Source of the DNA: Eledone cirrhosa
Lineage: Eukaryota
Assembly: GCA_964016885.1 (NCBI GenBank)
Contig: OZ024742.1
Coordinates: 83,824,001 to 83,888,000, forward strand
Length of the DNA stretch: 64,000 bases
Direction: 5' to 3'
This document shows, piece by piece, positions 11,400-23,934 of the stretch. Under the pieces are notes generated by a model. The model did no database searches, was not told the DNA's origin, and saw nothing but the letters and a program-made list of their open reading frames with translations. Position 1 is the stretch's first letter; each line of letters starts with the position of its first letter. The translations under genes were made by a program, and so were the position numbers.

Positions 11400-11590
11400 T
11401 GCGGTGGATTGGCAGTATCGGTAGAGGGTTGGACGCCATGCTTTCCAGCATAGTTACGTCCCTTTACGATCTGAGTTCAAATCCCGCCGAGGTTGACTTT
11501 GCCTTTCATCCTTACGGGGCCGATAAAATAAAGTACCAGTAATGCACTGGGTAATTGCTGGCCTTGTGCCTAAAAGTAGAAACAATTATT
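11400..11590 (+). mobile_element. tRNA-derived Nin-domain-type SINE (related copies near 13085, 53100, 53260 and 57670, and on the minus strand near 16000 and 20250)
   Basis: A-box/B-box-like head (gagttcaaatccc) followed by gaggttgactttgcctttcatccttacggggccgataaaataaagtaccagt. Confidence 0.8.
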
Positions 11591-13897
11591 AAAATTACAC
11601 TCTGCTTATGAGGGAAACCGACCCTAAATGCGTAACACCACGTATACTTGAATGGACCCACCTACGGATCGAGTGCTCAAATTGGTAAACCAACAGTAAC
11701 ACGAGATTACTATACCATATTGGATTATCCCTGGCAGTAGACTGATTGATTATTTCACATCACAGCTATATATAAGTTTCTCTAGACAAATTATAAATAT
11801 TATGACATCATAATGACACCAAGAATTTTAAATGTTAAGTTTTCAATTTTCTTCACAAAAACAAAAAAAAAATCTTTATTTATAAATAGCTAAAAGACTA
11901 AATAAATGAATAAATGGGAAATAAAAAAGCTGTGGGAGAATTGGGTAGAAGGGAGAGGTGAAACTCTGTACGTTTGGCTGGATGTCGTATCTCATTTGTG
12001 TCTCGCAAACAAAATGCCGAGATAATTGCCCATGGAGGACAATCAGTGATGCCCGTTACATCTATCGTGATGCTCTTGTGCAGATTTGCCGAATGACAAT
12101 TACAGTCCAGGTTCTTAAGTGACCGAAGATCTGAACACCGACCGATGCCACAAGTAATCGGTCAGTCAATGATTTGTATTTGGTTATCTACAATTCAAGA
12201 GCCTGGCACAAGTGTTCAGATTGATTACATAAACTAGCTGGCCCCGTGCCGTTAAATATGACAGTTAATTGTAATATCTATACATAATATAAAAAACATG
12301 TTTGCTGGTTGGTTCCTTCGTGCTCACTCACACAAGTGATACAAAGACACAGCTGTGACGAGTCTTTGTACGCTGGACTACTATAGTTTTCAGCCCCTTC
12401 CTCAGTCATCATATAGATGTGTGTGTATTAGACCAGTGGTCGCCAACTTTTCTAAAACCGAGGAACCCTCTAAATATTTTGAATTCTTCACGGAACCTAT
12501 ACAATACAAAACTTTCCAAAGAAAAATAATAAAGGTGTTTATTTATTTTAGTGAACTTACGTAGTGAGAACAGCGAACTGACCCTGTCTCTCGGCTGAGA
12601 GACCTCGCTGAACTGAAGTTTTCAGTTTAAAGTTATGCTGTTCATTTAGTGTCTTATCAGTAGTAGTCAAATTCTCGGAATTCAGAAAACTATGTCTTTC
12701 CAAGAATTGATGTGAAATTGAAAGTATTCAATTTCCACGAATCTCAGAACAGTGTTTTTCTGCTAATTCAAGTGAGAAACTCAAAGTAGTGTTTTCCACG
12801 AATTGGAGTGGAGAACCTGTGTACACTACAATTTCAAGTTTACCAAACTTTATCACCTAATTCAAGCTTTTTCTCAAAGTGCCCAACTTATATTGTAGCC
12901 TGGTTTTTTACGTAACATAGAAAATACTTAGTTGTGCTACTCTCGTGCAAAAATTAGCTTGGGCTCTCACGTGTGATTCAAAGTTATGTTTGAAATTATT
13001 TTCTGCACCATCTTGAAGATATGCCTTTGTGTTGTTTTTCTGACAGTCGTATATAAATTTACTTATGTTATATTGGTGTCATTAATCCTGCTGAGGTTAA
13101 CTTTGCCTTTCATCCTTACGGGGTTGATAAAGTAATTGCTGGCCTTGTGCCAAAAATAGAAACAAACAATTATTACTCTATTTGAAGTATCAGTATTGAA
13201 CACAAAATAGTCTCTCATTGAGACAATAATTTACCTTATTTTAAACTATAGATTAAGTAAAACTATTTAAACATAAAAGTCTACTGTAATTTTGATATCG
13301 TTGGACATTTTGAGGGTGAAATGATGCATTAAACAAGAAAGGGTTAGATATATTAAAATAAGATTTACTCATTTTCATTTTTTTTTTTATTACAATCACT
13401 ATGTAACAGCTAACATCTAATATATAATGAAGCTTAAGAGAATCCAAGACAATTTTGCATGGATTAAAACACAATTAAATATGTTATATTCAGCTAGGGC
13501 ATCAAGAGGAATTTTCCAAATTGGCCATTCACTTCTCAAGATTTCAAGTTTGTTGTCTTATGAATTATTTCAAAATAACTAAAAACTCATTATTATTGTC
13601 ATATTTGGGATAACAATTTTTTATTCCTCACACCATAATTGGGTTGGGTACCAAATTGTAATATGATTTGATATGAAGAACACATCAAGAAAATTGTTAC
13701 GTTAGTGAAAATCCAATATATATATCCACTATAGCCGAAATTAGGTTATTTCTGGTGAAATCTGATGCACCCAGACATGCCTACAACCCCCAGAACACTA
13801 TTATGACTATATATATATATTTCCTTGATACCTAAGGCTGGATGGGTGGTCATCACAGACAAAGTTAGGAATCAAGCAGAGCTGCTGACATCTTTAA

Positions 13898-14095
13898 CTC
13901 TTTAGCATTTATATTACTCTATATTTACTACTGTATTTTCGTGGTAATCATCTCACATAGTATCGAACCTGAGATTTTGATATTTATTTTGTGAACTACA
14001 CCCTAACATCAGTAAAAGTGGCCAGCTACAGCTGATTTGAACAGAAAGAGGTGAGAGAATTCTGACCGGATATGGCCGGTTTAAATGCTAATGGG
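13898..14095. mobile_element. TTAA-targeting MITE (piggyBac/Kolobok-like)
   Basis: ttaa|ctctttagcattta ... taaatgctaatggg|ttaa. Confidence 0.75.
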
Positions 14096-14162
14096 TTAAT
14101 GGTTTACATCTCACTTTTATAGTTTCCCACATTCTACCAAGAGCTCAGATTGATTGCTTACA

Positions 14163-14724
14163 TATCGCATATACTCAAATATAAGCCAATCTCTTTTTTT
14201 TTGTCTGAAAAATGGGCAAAAATCCAAACCCTGTTCCTCAGCCAAGGCAGCTAATCAATGCATTGTTTTGATGGTGTGGTTTTCAAATTTTTATGAATAT
14301 AAAATATATTTATGAAGCTTAATATTTTGATGTCATTTAGAATATAGTTTTTGTTCCACAACTCATGTAATGCTTTTTTACCATTTCAGCCATTTTATAG
14401 TTTCAACAAGTTTCTCAAATTTTTGTTTACTTCTGGCTACTCACATGCTGGGAATTGATGGAAGCAAGAAATCAAATTAGAGAACTTTATATATTGATTC
14501 ATAGAGTAGAAGAGGGAGAGTCAGGAGAGAGAGTGAGAACAATAAAATGCAAGTCAGAAGTAAAAAAAAAAATATTGTTTCATTCTAAAATAATCATTCC
14601 AGATATTTTAGCACTTTATTTACTTAGAATTTAAAGTTGGTGAAAATTGGCAAAATATTGACCCCCATTTTACCATTAATTTTTTGTTATATATTTCTTG
14701 GCTTATTTAGGAGTATATACGTTA
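14163..14724. mobile_element. pogo/Tigger-like MITE
   Basis: Imperfect TIRs tatcgcatatactcaaatataagcc / ggcttatttaggagtatatacgtta with TA ends. Confidence 0.6.
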
Positions 14725-14756
14725 AGTTCCCATGTTCTACTGAGCTAATTTTATCA

Positions 14757-15400
14757 TGGCACCAGCACTAGGGAGGTTGTCATGTCATATCTTTGTTACA
14801 GTTAAAAAGACCTGACCTTTTGTTTAGCAAACTTTGCTATGGCCTTTCCCATCACTAACTGCTTTGCAGTGTGTACTGGGCACAATTATCATACAGTTCA
14901 AAACTAGGGAGGTTGTCATGTATTTGTCACAGCTGAAGAGTCCATCCGGCCCTTTGTTTGGAAGGTTTTCTATGGCTGGATGTCCTTCTTATCACCAACT
15001 AATTTTTAAAGAGTGTACTGGGAGCATTTGTTGTGTACAATAGAAAGGTTCTGGTGTCCTTGACACAACTAAAGAGTCATCTTGAGCCTTTTCTGGCATG
15101 GTTTCTACAGCTGAATACCTTTCCTATTATCAACTACTGTACACAGTGTCCTGCGCACAGTTTTCATAGCATCAGCATTAGAAAGGTTTGTGTTGTGCCT
15201 GATGGTTCCTTTCAATCCTTTTGGCTTAGTTTTTCTGGCTGGAAGCCCTTCCTATCACCAAACACCTTACAAGACCTACTGGGTGCATTTTTTGTGGCAC
15301 TAGCACTAGAGATGTGTCATGACTGAAGGATCCTAATTTTCTTCTGCATGGTTTCCATAGCTGAAAGCCCTTCCTAACATCCACCACTTTACAAATGTGT
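14757..15400. repeat. Degenerate tandem array, about 5 units of 130-145 bp, of a SINE/RTE body segment
   Basis: Each unit carries variants of actagggaggttgtcatg ... ggtttctayagctggatgcccttcctaacaccaaccactttacagtgtgtactggg. Confidence 0.7.
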
Positions 15401-16217
15401 GTGAGTTTTATGTTTAACTTGCATATGGATAGCGTTTGTATGGAAGGTTAATGGAGGTATGAAGTGTGATATTTTTTGCAGAGACATGAGTATTGTTTGA
15501 GGTGACAGCAAACTCTTAGCTCTAAACATCATATACTGCATTAGCAAGACATTCTCAAAAAGTGTTAAACAGGATTATCACATTGAGAACTGATGTCTTT
15601 ACGCTAATACTGCAAATTTTCGCAGCAATTTGTCCATGCATCAATATATTGTAAACACTGGAATTAACAAACCTGTTTTCAAATATTTTCTGCTAAATCA
15701 TTAAAGGATTTTAAGGGTTGAAATATATGAGGAAGGTGATTGTGGAGTATAAAGCCTGTGTTGGTAGAATGGTCAGTAGAGTCATTTCAGTGGATAATTG
15801 ATTTTATGATCTGGTAACTAACTTCCAATCCAAGAAATGAATTTAACAGGCACCTTAGGTGAGCAAATCTTCTGTAAGGCACAGTCAAGGGTGTTGCTGG
15901 TGGATCAGTTAGCTTATATTATTATTCCAATAATTAAGCATATTTTGCATTGGTACAAGGTTAGAAATTAAGGAGGAGGGCTTAGTTGATTAAATCGAAC
16001 TGCAGTACTTGATCAATACTTTATTTTATTAATCTTAGAAAGATGAGATTCTAAATCGACCATGGTAGGATTTGAACTCAGAATGTAAAGAACCTGAAGG
16101 AACACCACAAAGCATTTTCTCTGATACTGTAATGATTCTGCCAATTGACCAGTAATATTTAAGTTTTTATTTTTTTTAGCTTATTTTGTTCTCAGAATAA
16201 ACTTTTTTTCTTTCTAG

Positions 16218-17025
16218 GAAACGGACAGATGAAAAAGTTTGTGATCGACTTAACTCTCCTGCCCAATGCCAGCAACAAGGAAATAAATTTAGTTCCGACA
16301 TTCTTAACAGGAATTCTACTGCAGTTGGACCTAATATAAGTTCTACAGAATTGATGACAGGATGTATATCTTCACTTCAGAAACTGAAGCTTATTTGTCC
16401 AGAATGTCAGAAGGCAGAATGCTGCAAAGTATATTTAAAAAAGAGACTGTCCTCATCCATGCTGGATAAATTTAACTTGGCCCGGTCATTATCCAGCTGT
16501 AGAGGCATCATAAAAGAGGCCCGGTTTCGACCACATCCTTCTGACAGTTCTGAAAGGAGTGTATTGCGTGCTTCACGCTTAAAGTTTCTCTCACAGTTCA
16601 ATGCAAATAAACGTGCTAAGCATGGTGTATGCAAAAACAAATCTTCAAAGCTGGAGGTTGGTGCAGTCTTTGGCCGTTGCTCTGAGAGATCATCTACAAA
16701 TTTTGCATCTTTGGCCCAAAACACCCCTGAAACATTCAAAATACCTGTTTTGACTAATGATACCACAGCACCCCAGTTTTTATCTTATCAGCATAACTTA
16801 TCCCATGAGATGCTTCCTAGTCCCTCTATAAATAACCAATCACCATTGGATATGAGGTTGTCAACTCTGGCAGTAAATTCCATTTCTTCCCTTTCTATAG
16901 AAAAGACTTGTTCTTTACAAGCCAGACTAGATGATATGAGTGTCAATGAACTTGCATGTTACTTTGAAGAATTTGTTCATATTCCTAAAAAAATGAGTGA
17001 AATGGCTGAAATGATGTACAGGTAA
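16218..17025 (+). CDS. OSER1: Terminal coding exon of oxidative stress-responsive serine-rich protein 1 (OSER1/C20orf111 family)
   Basis: The C-terminus TCSLQARLDDMSVNELACYFEEFVHIPKKMSEMAEMMYR* matches the conserved OSER1 end motif (..DDVTIEDLSGY..YIPKKMSHMAEMMYT). The frame stays open upstream of the 16351 ORF back to a polypyrimidine/TAG acceptor (tttttttctttctag|g at 16217/16218, phase 2). The upstream exon was not identified. Confidence 0.88.
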
Positions 17026-17142
17026 CAATGAAGGGGAGGAGGAGGAGATGATGTATTATTACTAATGTCACCCTCATTATTATTTTTATTTGTTATTTTC
17101 TTTAAAAAATATCTTAAAATGTTTTATTAAAATTATCTATTA

Positions 17143-17148
17143 AATAAA
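17143..17148 (+). promoter_or_regulatory. Candidate polyadenylation signal for OSER1
   Basis: AATAAA about 120 bp after the stop codon, with T-rich sequence downstream. Weak evidence in AT-rich DNA. Confidence 0.3.
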
Positions 17149-17194
17149 TGGTTATTTAATTGTTATTAAATGGTTATTCAATTTCTGTTTTTCT

Positions 17195-17410
17195 GTCTTG
17201 ATTTGGATTGGATATGTGACCGGTGAGGGCCTCAAATGGATGCCAGAAAGAACTCATAGGAAGCAAGGCAAAACCTGGTTGAGATCTGTAGAGGAAGACC
17301 TGACAGCTTTGGGCCTGTTCTGGAAGAAGGCCCCTGGCAGGGCTTGTTGGCGGTATGGGATGGATATTTTTCGTCATCCTATGTTTAATAGGGAACAAAA
17401 GGAACTAAAG
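17195..17410 (+). mobile_element. RTE-like LINE 3' remnant
   Basis: WIGYV..KWMPERTHRKQGKTWLRSVEEDL..W..A..RACWR. Confidence 0.6.
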
Positions 17411-18175
17411 ATGGCTCTGCTATATAGCTTCTTTTTTAACCTGTCATCTCATCTGATAGGTTCAACATTTTCAGATTTGATTTACCAACTTTGTCCTAGA
17501 ACTTGTCCAGCTTTCTCTCATATATCACGACTGCCTTCAACTTCTAACTTTTCTTTCACAACATATATTATATATTTGTATTACATGTCCGTCCATACCA
17601 ACACATCCATCTATCCATACCAATGTATTTAATGTTCAAATTGTTAGTTTGCATTACATATCCAGTGGTCTAAACCCATTCCTTGTTTCACTACCATAGA
17701 ACATAATAATTCTTTTAAATGCATCATCACATAGTTTAATTCACTAAACTTCTACCCATGCAAACACTTAGAAATACTATGTAGTCGATTGATGCATTAG
17801 AAATAGTAGGCATATGGCCTAGTGGTTAGCGTGTTGCACTCCTGATCAGAAGGTCATGGGATTGAGTGATCCCTGGATCAAGCAGTATGTTGTGTTCTTA
17901 AGCAAGATGCTTCATTTCACATCATTTTTAAGGATAGGACTATTACTAAAACATCCAGGAAACCATGAAATACCTTGTATAAAGCCAGCTATACCTGCAA
18001 ATTTCATTTTCGTTTTTGAAGAAATAGTAGTAAAATCTACTTCAAAGAAGGATATATTAGATAATGTCAATCTTAAAATACCACTTTCCTGTGCAGATGG
18101 GATGGTCATGGTTAAAATACTTTTGATTTACTTAATTAGACTGACATGGAGTTAAACAAAATAGAACCTTTAGAA

Positions 18176-18434
18176 CAGGGGTTCCCAACCCTTTTTTACG
18201 TCATCACCCACTTTCACATGGAATAATTTCCCACTACCCACCTGCATAATAAATATTCAAAAGCATACCAAAAGTCTGGTAAAGGTTTGTTACTGGTTCA
18301 TTATTCCCATATAGTCTCCTGTTTTTTTAATTTTTCTACAGGTTCTTTCCATATCCCCATTGAATATTTTTTGGGAGTTAGTGTATGCTGGAATACCGTT
18401 TAAAATCCGATATCACTCAAGTTGGGAATCCCTG
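18176..18434. mobile_element. hAT (Buster/Charlie) MITE
   Basis: TIRs caggggttcccaac / gttgggaatccctg; 8-bp TSD ctttagaa/ctctagaa. Confidence 0.9.
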
Positions 18435-19210
18435 CTCTAGAATGTATGTAAAAAAAACCCCAAAAACTCATTTTCAGTGAACAAACTGAGCATCTGCAGT
18501 CAGTTCATTGTTTCATGCTGTTAGTTGCTCTTGGTTGGTTCAAGCATAGCTGTATGGTTAAGAAATTCAATTTGCAATCTTGAGACCATGGATTCAATTG
18601 CACTGTGTAGGTCAACCCTAACCTTGTGAGTAAAATTAGGTAAACAGAAACTGTTTGGATGGATTCATCATCATCATTATCATTGTTTTTGCATCCATTT
18701 TTCCATGCTTGCATGGGTTGGATATGTCCTTTTCAGCATAACACCTCTCCATTCGCTGTGTTCCTTCGTCATCTCTATGAGTCTCAGCGATTTGAGATCA
18801 GTTCTCAGTCTACTTCTGGCTTCCTTCTACTGGGATTTCCAGACATGTCTTCACCCAGCGATCATCATCCATGCACATCACATGTCCATTCCAATCCAGT
18901 CTTCTCTCTGGCACACCACTTCGGATTCCTTTTAAACCCAGTTTCTCCAGTTATAATTTCCATTTCCATACTGATTCTCCTTGAGAATTATGTTATCTCC
19001 TTACTGCTCACTTTTTTATATAACTTTGGTGAGACCCACTTCTATTTTGTAACATTGAACATTTTTTCACAGACCAGCTTATTTATTTTTCATGTTTTAG
19101 CAAAGGTAATTTGAAATCTTGTTTGGGCTACCACTTAGAGAAATATAAAAGCAATTTCATATTACCAAGAACCAACTTTCGATAATGGTAGCTTTGTTTT
19201 GACACTAGTA

Positions 19211-19398
19211 CGAGGTTTGGCTGATAAGTTCATAGGCTAACCAAGACACTCTCATGGAACAAATGTTTATTTTTCAACATAGTCCCTGGGAAGAAGCAAT
19301 GCACTTATTAATAAGAGTTGAAATTAATGCATGCAAGATTTCACAGCTTTAGTGTCCCTCCTTGATGGTCAGCCTATGAATTTTATAGCCAACCCTAG
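19211..19398. mobile_element. Mariner-type MITE
   Basis: ta|cgaggtttggctgataagttcataggctaacc ... ggtcagcctatgaattttatagccaaccctag|ta. Confidence 0.75.
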
Positions 19399-20461
19399 TA
19401 CATAAATACTGAAGATAGGAACATCTGTGGTATATGAGTAGTATGGGAACAATGTACTTTTTGTAAGGCCATCTGTATAGGAATAAGTTAATTTTATATA
19501 AGCCAATTAGGCCATCCAGTAGAACGCAGTTCTGTCTAAAAAGTTTCATTCATTGTTTATTTTCATGGATAGGAATGTCATGGAATCACAAACAAATAAT
19601 GGGCCTTTCAAAAGTGGTTGTTGCCATTGTGAATACTTGGGCAATTGTAGCATAGGTGATAGCAGCTGAAGTTCTCTTGTTGCTTGTGTAGTTGTTTGTT
19701 CTGTTGTTCTTTAAGAACTGCTATAGGTATGTAAGAAATGGTTGTATATGAACACAATCTGACTTCCACCACTCGTGTTTCCATATCCATATTTTTGGCA
19801 GGGTCTTTTCCTGGCTGGATACTCTTTCTGACACCAAACATTACAGTGTGGACTGGGTGTGCATTATTCATGCCACCAGCACTAGAGTGGTTGTCTTACT
19901 GGACTCATGGGTCCTCTTCACCCTGTATCAGTTCTTATTCGGAGTGTCTACTCTCCTAGATAAGTTGCCTTCACTATGGCTTATGGATTCCATTTCTGCA
20001 CTGTATATCTTAAAAGCAATGTTATATTCTGAATTATATTGTCTTTTTTTTGCTTATGACGACTAGAATTCATTTATTTAAACAACTGAATTTCTACTTG
20101 TGAAATTAACGTGTAAGGAGTTAATTATTCCTCAGACATGTTTATTCTTTCTGTAATTCTTTGATTGAAAATTCATAAGGCAGGCTGGACCTTAAAAGTA
20201 GATACAAGCCAAAGAATCTTTGATCCTAGTACTCGATTGGTACTTTATTTATCAACCTTGAAAAGATTAAAAGCACAGAACCATCTGATGCTTTAGCAAT
20301 TCTACCAATTCACTTCCTTTCTGTAATAACTTTATCCTGTATCAATGGATACAACTCTTGTAATGGGTGTATTGAATTGATACTTCAAATCGATTTATGA
20401 TTGATATATAATTTCTTAGGTGATTGTATTTAAATAGTTCATATATTTATTTTGTTACATT

Positions 20462-20786
20462 TGTAGCGAGAGTACTGGGTAGTATGAATGTAACAAAACG
20501 AGGCATGGTTTGTGTAGATAATATTTAATTAACAATGGTAGATAGTATAGTGGACATGTCAAAGAAATAGATGATAGAATGAAACAAAGTTAGTCGTTAC
20601 CGTTTTGATTGCCAGGCAAACGCGGCTGGCAGAGGACGCCTGGCTAAGGCCAGCCAGGCGCCGGAAGGCCAAATGAGAGAGTGAGAACTTAAAGTTGTTA
20701 GTTTTATAGGGTTCTGACCGGAAGTTACAGAAAGGGTTCTACTTCCCGTCTAGATGTTAATCCAAACAAGGGAGACAACCGCTACA
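20462..20786 (-). mobile_element. Solo LTR (Gypsy-like), 325 bp
   Basis: TGTAGCG...CGCTACA inverted termini with a 4-bp TSD catt (20458-20461 / 20787-20790). TATAAAA and ATTAAA occur on the minus strand. Confidence 0.85.
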
Positions 20787-21838
20787 CATTAATTAATCAA
20801 TTTAATTATATTCTATCAGTTTGTTGCTGGTATTTTGTGTCTGTGTAAGAGCAGTCGTTTTCTTTTAACTTGAAAAATACCAAGTAGAATCAGAAATTCT
20901 TCTACCACAACCTGAATATTGTTTTATCTGAGGATTCTAAATTTAATGGCTTTTCTAATTTACATGATTTCATCAATACACCTGAACCAAAGTATTCATC
21001 ATCGTCATTGTTTTAATATCCGCTTTTCCACCTTTGCTTGAGTTGGACAGGTCTTTTTCAGCATAACATCATTCCATGTGCTACATTCTTTTGTCTTTGC
21101 TCTGTGAGTCTCAGTGATTTGAGATCAACTCTGACCACCTCTGCCCAGATATTTCTTAGCCTACCTGTAATGCAGCTTCCTTCCACTAGGATTTGCTGGC
21201 ACTTCTTCACCTAACGATCATCGTCCATGCATATCGCCAATGATTATTGTTACATAAAAAGAGAATATCGCTCGTCGAATCATAGAAACTTTCATCTACT
21301 GGGGAAAAACCACAATTTTGTTAATGACTAAACATAACATTTAGCCCCTCGTACGTTTAGAAAAGCATTGCATCATTTTTGTTAAACACAACATTCAGTT
21401 AAATACAACAAAATGTACGTTTATAACACTTAACTAGAGTTAAATATACTGAGCAAATACCCAACTTCCGTCTGATATAACACTCCACATTTATACAATC
21501 CAAATGCGGTTGGAATACGAGATGAAAATTTATCACACGTAATTCATGTTGAATAAATAATTTATGTTGTTCAAAACAATGTGTACATTTAAGACTTATG
21601 ATACCTAGCCAAGAAAAAAGAAATGGACGTTAAACTGATAAGAAAATTACATCATAATCCACGTAAATAATATATATATATTAAATAACAAATTTAGCGT
21701 TTAATTTTTCGTTTCTGATTTTGGCAGTCATGTTTTGTAGACATTTTTTTATGAGGGAGGCAACTCTTCGATTATTATTTATAAGGGGGCATAACAAGCT
21801 GCTAAAGCGAGTTAAAAACGCATAACCATTGTCTATAG

Positions 21839-22308
21839 CAGCGGTTCCCAACCTTTTATAATAAATTCCACCTTGATGATATAGCAAAACAGTATGCCCC
21901 CCCCCCCCCCCCCCAAAAAAAAAAATTTTGATATAATTTTTTTATGTAGAAATAATTTCGGCATGTCTTTTTATTTCAATCAAATCCTTTTAAATTTATT
22001 ATAAACTTTACTAAAATAAATAATATATATCCTGTTATAAAAATAAGTTTCTTTACTAAGTTTATTTATTAAAACATAAATTGTTATATCCAGATTTAAA
22101 TAATTATCAAGTGAAGTGAAATCATAATTAGAAAAGGTAGAAGGTTGAATATAAAAATTTGAAGCAAGAAAAAGAAAAAAATTATGTTAGGAAACTACTC
22201 TTCTTTTTTATGTGTGAAATTTTGTGATTTTTAGTTAATTCCCGTGGCTCCCCCAATAACTAGCTATGGCCCACTGGTGGGCCATGGCCTCCTGGTTGGG
22301 AACCAATG
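21839..22308. mobile_element. hAT (Buster/Charlie) MITE
   Basis: TIRs cagcggttcccaacc / ggttgggaaccaatg; perfect 8-bp TSD gtctatag. Confidence 0.92.
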
Positions 22309-22379
22309 GTCTATAGATACATACTTATATATATATATATATGTTTGTGTGTGTGTATATATATGTAATATGATATTAT

Positions 22380-23090
22380 ATTAGGCATGAATCGAAGTTG
22401 GGGATCCTCGGTTAATGAACCATCTTTATGGAAGAGTGGCCCAATCTTGCAGTGTAATGAGGCAGTTTCTTTTTGCAAATTTAAAGAAGGCCTTGTTTTA
22501 ATATTTTCTATGACCCTGGTTTCTCTCTCTGCCCTCTCATGGAAAAGTTTGAGTGCAGTTTCAAGTAGTGCCTGTTCAGATAGGGTTCCTTCTTGTTTTT
22601 CTGTTGTGCATTTAACTGGTTTGAGAGCTTAGTTCTTCGACTCATAAGGATTTTCCTGTCTCTGGGAATAAGATTTTTGTCACTGTTGGCCTTTTTCTCT
22701 GGGACAAACTTATGGCATATAGTTGGGGATTAACATCACTGATTCAGCCATATAAGAATTGATGAAAACAGAGCAGTATTGTTTCTTCAGTATCTCACCC
22801 ATGGTTTTAGCATTATCTTGGAGAGTGCCATTTTCATCAATTAGTGGGCTAACAGTGGAGCCAGTGACTTTGTGTTTTTTCGCAAATGAAAAGAACACTT
22901 TGGGATTGAGTTTGATTTTCTCAATGGCCCAGGCCTCTTCAGTTGCTCTTTGATTGTTGATGATGGACATTATGCTGTTTTTGAGGTTGTGTTTTTTTTT
23001 ATTCTAGTCAAATGGGTGTTGCTGCTGGCAGTATTACTGTTTGTTGATTTTTTGTTAATTCTTTAATTCTGATAAGTGTTCTATTTCTTT
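22380..23090 (-). mobile_element. CR1-group LINE ORF2 fragment (region between APE and RT)
   Basis: EEAWAIEKIKLNPKVFFSFAKK..VSPLIDENG..MGEILKKQYCSVF. Confidence 0.75.
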
Positions 23091-23098
23091 ATACATAT

Positions 23099-23138
<40 letters not shown>

Positions 23139-23140
23139 GT

Positions 23141-23920
23141 GTGTGTGTGTGTATATATTCTATAAATTCTATAAAATGCATACAATGCAGATCTTGGGTA
23201 CACAAGAGATGTAGTGGGATAGCAGGCAAACTAACAGGTAGGGAGAAATACGTATGTAGTAGATGTACAGGGAAATTAGACAGTAGAAGTTGCATTGATA
23301 GACACATTTTTCAAATGCAGGGGAGTGTTATAAAAGTGGTTGATAGCTTCCGGTACCTAGGAGATCAGATTAGCATGGGATGGGGGTGTTCTGAGGCCAT
23401 AGTATCTAGAATAAGGACGGTTTGGAAGAAGTTTAGGGAGCTGCTTCCTCTGTTGACGAAGAAGGGTTTCTCCCTGCGTACAAAAGGCTGGTTATATGAT
23501 GCCTGTGTGAGATGCGTGATGCTGCATGGTAGTGAGACATGGGCAACAACTGCAGAGGATATGCGACGGCTGGAGAGAAATGAGGCAAACATGCTCTGTT
23601 GGATGTGAAATTTCAATGTGCATGGATGTGTTGAGAGAGAAACTGTGAGAGGGATAGATTGTAGTGTGCGAGAGAGGAGACTGCAATGGGATGTGCATGG
23701 AGGATGACCGATGGGTGAAGAAGTGCCAGGAAATGCCAGTTGAAGGAAGATGTGGTAGAGGTAGACCACGAAAAACATGGGCGGAGGTGGTGAGAGCAGA
23801 CCTCAGAATGCTGAAGCTCACGGTAGAGATGACGAAGGACCGTGACAAGTGGAGAGATGCTGTGCTGAATAGGACCTGTCCCACCCTTGCAAGCACGGAA
23901 AAGCGGACGTAAAATGATGA
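23141..23920 (+). mobile_element. RTE LINE 3' fragment with PHD-like Cys/His insert
   Basis: NSIKCIQCRSWVHKRCSG..VDSFRYLGD..KGWLYDACVR..LHGSETW..GRGRPRKTW..DRDKWR, then a GAT-type tail. Confidence 0.9.
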
Positions 23921-23934
23921 CGATACATTGGTTT

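Noticed and set aside
12434-12560. hAT terminus cagtggtcgccaac
   Set aside because: No matching second TIR or TSD was found; it is a fragment only.
16407-16766. Antisense ORF within OSER1
   Set aside because: A shadow of the real coding strand with no independent support.
17020-17028. AG|GTAAC at the OSER1 stop as a splice donor giving an extended C-terminus
   Set aside because: The stop falls where family members end (MAEMMY-x*), and no downstream exon is evident.
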